Shown one piece after another: positions 58,020 to 64,000 of a stretch of 64,000 bases of DNA; within the stretch, counting starts at the first letter, position 1; every line of letters begins with the position of its first letter. The position numbers and the translations under genes are program-made. The notes below the pieces were generated by a model. That model worked only from the letters and a program-made list of their open reading frames with translations. It was not told the DNA's origin and did not search any database. The stretch covers positions 23,604-87,603 of the forward strand of contig JAJZCM010000003.1 of NCBI GenBank assembly GCA_021846045.1, in the 5' to 3' direction. This DNA comes from a bacterium. GTDB taxonomy: Bacteria; Elusimicrobiota; Elusimicrobia; UBA1565; UBA9628.

Positions 58020-58451
58020 GTGGACTGCCTGCTCATGGAGGGAACGACCCTCGGGCGCGAGGACGCCGTCAAGCGCTATCGCGGCTCGGAGATCACGCTG
58101 CGGGAGATCGCGAAGGCGGGGGAAAAGGCTTTCCTGATGTATCGGGAGTCCATCCGGCCCAAGATCGAAAAAATCGGGGACTTAAAGGACGCGGCCATGA
58201 TCTATTCGATGTATGAAGGCTATAAGCGGGAGGAGTCGTTCAAGAAGGTCCAGTCGTTTCTGGATGAGAAGAAAATCACGCTTGAAACTGCGCACACGAG
58301 CGGCCACGCCTCTTTTGACGACCTCAAACGCTTGGCCGCAGCGCTCAAGCCCAATGTCCTGACCCCGATTCATACCTTCAACCCCGAGCGCTATGCCGAG
58401 CTCTGGCCCAAGGTTCGTTCGCTCAACGACGGCGAGACCTTTGAGCCGTGA
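58020..58451 (+). pseudogene. Truncated, internally deleted duplicate of the 3' part of the MBL-fold gene (copy of 55910-56629)
   Basis: About 98% nucleotide identity to 55910-55950 plus 56238-56629. The missing 288 bp are bounded in the intact gene by the short direct repeat GGGCGCGAGG. Similarity continues about 25 nt past the stop. Confidence 0.8.
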
Positions 58452-58495
58452 GTCGGGGACGGGAGGTCGTGTGCCACGCTGGGACACCCGCGCTC

Positions 58496-60559
58496 CTATC
58501 GAATTCTGACTAAAGCAATTTTCCCCACCGGTTTCGGTTCCACCTGAGGGACCTGGTCGGCGTTGTTGTCGAGACTGGCGGCGGCCGGAACCTTTCGCTT
58601 GAGATATCGCGACAGGGATCCCACCGTCACATGGCCAGCCCTCTTTGCTCCTCCATCTATTCCCTTCAGAAAGTAGTAGGTGAAAAGCCCGTGACCAGTC
58701 TTCTCATCCGGCCCCGCCTCCTGGTCGGCTTTTGCGGCAGAAAAGGCGATCAGCTTCCCAGTCCGTGGAAAGCTCCCTTCCTTAACAACCGTGACAAGGG
58801 CGCGCACGCCCTTCCCTATGACGGAGCGTCCGGGCCTCCCGGAAAAGCAGGCGTCTAAAGCGATAAGGACCCGTTTCGCATGAAGACGGTTGAGATCATT
58901 GTAAAAGCTGGTTTCACGGTAGGCGGTGTCTCTTAGGTCGTTGGGATTTCCTCCGGATGGAACGAGGTAGGTGTGACCATGAGCCCCCGGAGCTCCATGA
59001 CCCGAGAAATAGACCCAGACGGTTGAGTCCGGCTTTGCGTTCCGCCCGAGCCAGCGTATCCCTCCCTTGATTCCACCCCGTGTGGCCGTGCCGTTTGTGA
59101 GACGTTTGATATGGTCGGGAGGAACCCCTAGGGCAATCAGTGTGCGATAGACTGCACGGGAGTCCCGATCGGCGAACTGGACGGACGGAAGACCCCCGGG
59201 GTATTTTTCCACGCCGATCACGAGGGCAAACATGTGGCGGTTCCTGGGGGCCTTGAAGGTCGGACGATCAACGGAGGAATGAAAGACGCGAGCCTTGGGC
59301 TTAGCCTTGCGTTTGCCAATCTTCCTCACCTGCCGCTCAAGATTGGACAGCGCCTCGATCACCTGTGGCGAGGCCTGAGAAGACTGCGCGGGTTGCGCCT
59401 GTTGCTCCGCGATGGCGTTTTTTATGAGGTTGGCAACTTTATAATGGTTTTCATCTTCAGCCCATGTAAGAGCGGTCCCGCCTTTTACATCTACGACATT
59501 GAGATCGGCCCCGCTGGCAATCAAGAGCTTGACGATATTGGCGTGACCATATGTCGCGGCCAATATAAGAGCGGTAGCACCGAATTGGTTATTTACGGCA
59601 TTGACATTGGCACCGGCGGCAATCAAGAGCTTGGCGATATCTGTATGGCCTTTTACAGCGGCATTCATGAGAGCGGTAGTACTGCCGTAGCCGTATTGGT
59701 TATTTGTGGCATTGACATTGGCACCGGCGGCAATCAAGAGCTTGGCGATATCGGCATGATCAGCAACCCCGGCACCTATAAGAGCGGTATTGCCAGATTC
59801 GTCCGCGGCATTGACATTGGCGCCGCTGGCGATCAAGAGCTTGGCGACATTGGCGTGACCATAGTACGCGGCATTCATGAGAGCGGTTCCGCCGTTTTTG
59901 GCTGTGGCATTGACATCCGCCCCATCAGCAATCAAGAGCTTGGCGATATCCGTATGGCCTTTTACCGCGGCATTCATGAGAGCGGTTATGCCGTCTTTGT
60001 CTGCGGCATTGACGTCGGCCCTGGCCTTGAGAAGAAGGGAGATTATGTTCGCATTACCATTCTTAGCCGCATTCATCAGCGCGGTGTTCCCAGCATTGCC
60101 CCTAGCATTGACATCGGCCCCAGCCTTGAGAAGAGTGGTGACCATGTCCGCATTACCATTCTCAGCTGCATTCATCAGCGCGGTGAACCCAATATCGTCC
60201 CTAGCATTGATGTCAGCCCCGGCCTTGATAAGAAGTGTGACCACGTTTGCATGACCAGTTGCAGCCGCAGCCATCAGCGCGGTGTTGTCATAAGGCTCGT
60301 CCACGGCATTGATGGAAGCCCCGGCCTTGAGAAGAGCAGCGACCACGTTCGCTTGACCATTCGAAGCCGCATATAGCAACGCGGTGAACCCAATATCATC
60401 CTTGGCATTGACGTCGGCCCCGGCTTTGATGGCTTTCTCAACACCACCAAGGTCTCCGTTTTGTGCCGCGGAAAAAAGAGCTGCAGACGCGCATCCCAAA
60501 ATGTTCAGGGCGCCCGCCAAAAACAAGATGATAAAGAACATTGAAAGACCTCTATTCAT
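58496..60559 (-). CDS. Secreted ankyrin-repeat protein with C-terminal caspase-like (peptidase C14) domain; paralogue of 38521..40621
   Basis: Signal peptide MNRGLSMFFIILFLAGALNILGCASA. At least 9 ankyrin repeats (GADVNAKDDIGFTALLYAA...). Caspase fold with YFSGHGA and ALDACFSGRPG dyad contexts. The ORF track start 60616 includes the conserved leader. Confidence 0.75.
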   Translation of the reverse strand: MNRGLSMFFIILFLAGALNILGCASAALFSAAQNGDLGGVEKAIKAGADVNAKDDIGFTALLYAASNGQANVVAALLKAGASINAVDEPYDNTALMAAAATGHANVVTLLIKAGADINARDDIGFTALMNAAENGNADMVTTLLKAGADVNARGNAGNTALMNAAKNGNANIISLLLKARADVNAADKDGITALMNAAVKGHTDIAKLLIADGADVNATAKNGGTALMNAAYYGHANVAKLLIASGANVNAADESGNTALIGAGVADHADIAKLLIAAGANVNATNNQYGYGSTTALMNAAVKGHTDIAKLLIAAGANVNAVNNQFGATALILAATYGHANIVKLLIASGADLNVVDVKGGTALTWAEDENHYKVANLIKNAIAEQQAQPAQSSQASPQVIEALSNLERQVRKIGKRKAKPKARVFHSSVDRPTFKAPRNRHMFALVIGVEKYPGGLPSVQFADRDSRAVYRTLIALGVPPDHIKRLTNGTATRGGIKGGIRWLGRNAKPDSTVWVYFSGHGAPGAHGHTYLVPSGGNPNDLRDTAYRETSFYNDLNRLHAKRVLIALDACFSGRPGRSVIGKGVRALVTVVKEGSFPRTGKLIAFSAAKADQEAGPDEKTGHGLFTYYFLKGIDGGAKRAGHVTVGSLSRYLKRKVPAAASLDNNADQVPQVEPKPVGKIALVRIR

Positions 60560-60616
60560 GGTTTCCTTTTGAAACATACTCTGGAGCCAACCATTTCCTC
60601 GCTTAAGCTCGGTCAT
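60557..60616 (-). promoter_or_regulatory. Conserved 5' leader (copy B), about 95% identical to 9244-9303
   Basis: ATGACCGAGCTTAAGCGAGGAAATGGTTGGCTCCAGAGTATGTTTCAAAAGGAAACC precedes the signal-peptide ATG. There are 3 mismatches to copy A. Confidence 0.5.
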
Positions 60617-60708
60617 GGTTTCCCTCCGTACGAACTCCCGCGTTCAGCCTGCCGCGATCTCGACACATGACCCGCCAATTTCTTTAGCACCGCGATGGAT
60701 GGTGATGT

Positions 60709-61467
60709 TCATGAACAACCAGCCCTCAGATTTTTTTTAACGACCTTGAATAACAGCTCTAGCTGATAGATGCTGACGTTCAATGTCTCTATGAGTTTTT
60801 TAAGCGCGGGACGCTTGTCCTTTTTAATTTCTTCTGCTTCGTCGAAGGCACGGCAGTTTCCAAACAAAAGAATTGACTTTTGAATTTCCTTTTTTTCGGC
60901 GCCGAAATCCTTTAGGAATTTTGTGTCGCATAACTGACGGGAATAGGTCTCAATTTCAAGGACTGCTCGCAACAGGGTGTCCTTGCTGTCATATTTGAAT
61001 TCAATAAGGTGAAGGGAGTCTTCCGTTTCCGAAACCAAATCAATTTTCCCCGCTTTGTCGGCCCGTTCATCGTTGAGCGGGACCTGATATTCGATAATCT
61101 GGCCCAATTCTCCCAAGCTCGCTTGATGGCAGAAGAGCATTTTGGCAAACGTAACTTCACCGCAGAGGCTTTTCTTCATGTCATCACCGCAAGGCACAGG
61201 TTTATGCCACTTATAAGTGCTTTTCCTTGTTATTTGCTTTATTTTCTCGAATCTTTGTTTGTTTTTCTCTAACTCTTTCGCCATTACTTCCGTGTAGTAC
61301 TCCTCGGTATCCTTCGTTTTCCCTTTCTGTTTAATAAATTCCTTATTATAGAGCCTCGAAAAATCCCCAACGTTGTTTAGGCGATATAGTGTCTCGGCGC
61401 GTGTGTATTCTTTAGACATAATCCCTCCTCGCAGCTTGTTTTGCTCCTGGCTACATTGGCGTCCCAC
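60709..61467 (-). CDS. Hypothetical protein with PD-(D/E)xK-like motif (GKIDLVSETEDSLHLIEFKYD); AT-rich gene
   Basis: 252 aa. GC content is visibly lower than in neighbouring genes. The start codon abuts the stop of the upstream AAA+ ATPase gene. Confidence 0.4.
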   Translation of the reverse strand: MGRQCSQEQNKLRGGIMSKEYTRAETLYRLNNVGDFSRLYNKEFIKQKGKTKDTEEYYTEVMAKELEKNKQRFEKIKQITRKSTYKWHKPVPCGDDMKKSLCGEVTFAKMLFCHQASLGELGQIIEYQVPLNDERADKAGKIDLVSETEDSLHLIEFKYDSKDTLLRAVLEIETYSRQLCDTKFLKDFGAEKKEIQKSILLFGNCRAFDEAEEIKKDKRPALKKLIETLNVSIYQLELLFKVVKKNLRAGCS

Positions 61468-62802
61468 TCATTCCAATTCGATCCCGTCGCCGGAGGCGTT
61501 TCTCGCGCCGTCGAGTCCCGGCGTCTCAAGCGCGCCATCGTTACCTGCGGGCGGCTCGGGGAGACTAAAACCGATTGGATCCCCTGCCCCACCCACGGAA
61601 GGCGGCGCGGTTTTATAGGTCTTAACCTGGGCCTTGATCTGCTTGCTTAAGATATCCACCGCCCTTGTTAAATCCCGATCCGCAATCTCCCTGTTCTCCC
61701 CTATCGCATAAGCCACCGCACTCGCGAGGATCTCCTGAACATAGGCCATTGAGAATCCTTCGGAGCGACGCGCGGCGTCCTTAAGAGCTTCGGGGCTGAA
61801 AGTCCCTTGAGCCTTGCGCTCTAGGAACTTCAACCTCAAGGCGTAATTGGGAAGCGGAAATGTCCAGACCCGGTCAAAGCGGCTTGGCCTGAGCAGGAGC
61901 GCCGGGTCCAGGCGTTCCGGCTCGTTGGTCGTCGCGATCACAAGGATTCCGCTCAGGCTGCTCAAGCCGTCGAGGAGATTGAGGATGCTGGATATCGAGA
62001 TGTTCTGGGAGAATTTATCTAAGTCCTCTAAGACCAGGATCGCAGGCGCCATGCTCCAGGCTGAGCGGAAGGCCATCTCGAGAAAGTCCTCTTCCCTCGC
62101 CCCGTTTTTCGGGGCATAAACGACGCAGGAGGCCTGCTTCATTGAGGCGATGCTTCGCACCGCCGAGGTTTTTCCGCATCCCGGGGGGCCGGCGAAGAGA
62201 AAGCCCCGGCGATAGGCGAGTCCAAACTGACGGTACATTTTCTTCGCCTTAAAAAAACTCTCGACGCTCATTTGGATTTCCTCACTCATGCCGGGCGGCA
62301 GGAAGAGTTCCTCCCACGACTGTTTCGGTTTCGGGAAGTCCGCTCCATTAACGACCTTGACCATGCCGCTTCTTTTCGCTCGAGCTATGGCAAAACGCCT
62401 AAGTTCTTCAAGGAAGCTCGTCACGGAGGTTCGTGACTTGGCGGCCACCAGGACCACCGAAAGAGTCGCCATCACATTGACCAGCAGCGTGACGCTCCGA
62501 CAATGAATGGGCTCGCCCTTCCACGCGAACCTGATTTCTCCGCGCCAATCCCAATCCTCATAGCGATCGCGCCGCCGCAGTTTCCCGTTGGGATCGACGA
62601 CGCGCTTGAGCCCTCTGACGATGTTTACTTCCGTCGCGGCCGATGGAGGCCGCAAGTCCAGGAAATCGGGGATGTCCGCTGTGTCGATGTTGTCGGACAT
62701 ATTGATTTCGAAGACATGCCATCCCTCTCCCGCCGGGTGCTCGGCGTGAAAACGCCTGCGTTCGTCGTTATAATATTGCGAGTCGCCCATTGTTTCTCTC
62801 AA
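61468..62802 (-). CDS. Classical AAA+ family ATPase with unique roughly 200 aa N-terminal domain
   Basis: Walker A FAGPPGCGKTSAVRSI, Walker B ILVLEDLDKF, sensor-1 VIATTNEP, Arg finger region LLRPSRFDR and a C-terminal lid. 444 aa. Confidence 0.75.
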   Translation of the reverse strand: MRETMGDSQYYNDERRRFHAEHPAGEGWHVFEINMSDNIDTADIPDFLDLRPPSAATEVNIVRGLKRVVDPNGKLRRRDRYEDWDWRGEIRFAWKGEPIHCRSVTLLVNVMATLSVVLVAAKSRTSVTSFLEELRRFAIARAKRSGMVKVVNGADFPKPKQSWEELFLPPGMSEEIQMSVESFFKAKKMYRQFGLAYRRGFLFAGPPGCGKTSAVRSIASMKQASCVVYAPKNGAREEDFLEMAFRSAWSMAPAILVLEDLDKFSQNISISSILNLLDGLSSLSGILVIATTNEPERLDPALLLRPSRFDRVWTFPLPNYALRLKFLERKAQGTFSPEALKDAARRSEGFSMAYVQEILASAVAYAIGENREIADRDLTRAVDILSKQIKAQVKTYKTAPPSVGGAGDPIGFSLPEPPAGNDGALETPGLDGARNASGDGIELE

Positions 62803-62920
62803 TTTAAGAGCAATACCCTTTGGGAAGGGTAACAGCCTCTTCTAAGCCTGTCAAGGCCAAAAAATAGAGTCATGTCAAGTAAAGTTCGGACTTTTGGACA
62901 TTTAGGTATAATAACTTCAT

Positions 62921-64000
62921 TATGTGGAAAAATCTTTTTGCGGCGAAACCTCTTTCCCTCATCATGGAGGAGATGAATAGCGGAAAACGGCTAAGCCGGG
63001 TTTTGGGGCGCTGGCAGTTGGCCGGAATCGGCATCGGCGGGATTATCGGCACCGGAATTTTCGTTTTGACCGGAGTCGCGGCGCACGATAAGGCGGGGCC
63101 GGCCTTGATTCTCTCTTTTGTCTTCGCCGGAATCGCCTGCATTTTCGCGGCTCTTTGCTACGCGGAGTTTGCGGCGATGGTCCCTGTCGCGGGTTCGGCC
63201 TACACCTACGCCTATGCGACCTTGGGGGAACTCTTTGCCTGGATTATCGGCTGGGATTTGATTCTGGAATACACCGTCGCCTCCGCCGCCGTCGCTCACG
63301 GCTGGTCGCATTATTTTCAAGACTTCATCAGCATTTTCGGACTCGCGATTCCGCACGCCTTGACGAATGCCCCGTTTGATTTTAGCCCGGCTTTGGGCCG
63401 CCTTTTGCCTACGGGCACGGTTTGCGATTTTCCCGCCATCGTCATCACCTTCATTATCATGGGCATTTTGATCGTCGGCGTCAGGGAAAGCGCCTCTTTT
63501 AACGCCTCCATGGTGTTTATAAAACTGGCCGTGGTTCTTTTTGTCATCGGCGTGGGGGCTCTGTATGTCAGGCCTCATAACTGGATTCCCTTCGCTCCCT
63601 ACGGATACACCGGGATCAGCTTTTTTGGAAAAACTATTTTTGGGCAAACGGGGGCAAGCGGCGAGCCTTTGGGGGTTTTCGCCGGCGCCGCGATGATTTT
63701 TTTCGCCTATATCGGCTTTGACGCCGTTTCAACCCAGGCGGAGGAGGCCATTGACCCGCAAACAAGCGTTCCCTTCGGAATCATTACGTCCCTGATCGTC
63801 TGCACCGTCCTCTACATTGCGGTGACGGCGGTTTTGACCGGAATGATTCCCTACAAACAGATCAATATCGACGCCCCGATTTCGGAAGCCTTTAAGCAGG
63901 TGGGACTTCCTTGGGCGCAAGGGATTATTTCCTTGGGCGCCTTGGCCGGCATCACCTCGGTTTTACTTGTGATGATGCTCAGTCAACCCCGCGTTTTTCT
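62921..64000 (+). CDS. APC-family amino acid permease, partial at window end; apparent +1 frameshift at a T5 run (63000-63004)
   Basis: Frame from ATG 62921 gives MWKNLFAAKPLSLIMEEMNSGKRLSRV, then a stop. The adjacent frame continues LGRWQLAGIGIGGIIGTGIFVLTGVAAHDKAGPALILSFVFAGIACIFAALCYAEFAAMVPVAGSAYTYAYATLGE..., an uninterrupted APC permease to the window end. The minus-strand ORFs 62991..63647 and 63317..63547 are antisense artefacts. Confidence 0.6.

Noticed and set aside
59234-60376. Plus-strand ORFs 59234..60376 and 59877..60254 antisense to the ankyrin-caspase gene
   Set aside because: They lie entirely inside the ankyrin-repeat coding region. The repetitive GC-rich ankyrin codons keep antisense frames open, and the ORFs have no motifs.
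62870-63647. Minus-strand ORFs 62870..63142, 62991..63647 and 63317..63547
   Set aside because: They are overlapped by a strongly supported plus-strand APC permease whose TM-helix pattern and motifs are unmistakable.

Overview
This 64 kb window looks like a chromosomal segment from a moderately GC-rich bacterium, probably uncultivated, that mixes core housekeeping genes with several accessory regions.

The recognisable housekeeping genes are:
- an etfB-etfA plus DAO-family FAD oxidoreductase operon and a tRNA-Tyr;
- tatA, a cytidylyltransferase and tatC, next to a diheme cytochrome c;
- ruvA-ruvB-spoIID;
- queA-tgt;
- trxA-polA, a rhomboid protease, coaE and rho.

The accessory content is:
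- Type IV pilus: a complete type IV pilus cluster (about 11.7-23.5 kb) with a fused PilM-PilN, PilO, PilP, a secretin carrying Gly/Met-rich inserts, PilB, PilC and four cysteine-rich pilins. Upstream sit a GT-C-fold glycosyltransferase, an MltB transglycosylase and a Wzy_C-TPR membrane protein.
- hpnIJKL-like genes: a cluster resembling the hopanoid-associated hpnK/hpnL/hpnI/hpnJ genes (about 23.5-27.9 kb).
- Two-component phosphorelay: a four-gene two-component cluster (33.9-38.2 kb).
- Ankyrin-caspase paralogues: two secreted proteins that fuse ankyrin repeats to a caspase-like (C14) domain.
- Secreted hydrolases: a PLD-family protein and an S1/P1 nuclease.
- Toxin-antitoxin: a BrnT/BrnA toxin-antitoxin pair.
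- AAA+ and PD-(D/E)xK pair: an AT-rich PD-(D/E)xK-like gene paired with an AAA+ ATPase.

Structure not explained by gene calls includes:
- two dispersed hairpin repeat families that sit in frame inside coding sequences (hpnK-like, coaE, queA) and form a 66-bp tandem array;
- a conserved 60-nt leader shared by mltB and one ankyrin-caspase gene;
- a deleted duplicate of the 3' end of an MBL-fold gene flanking a 1.4 kb insert with a nuclease-like ORF;
- a 5'-end duplication next to tRNA-Tyr;
- an HsdR C-terminal remnant at the window start;
- an apparent homopolymer frameshift in an amino acid permease at the window end.
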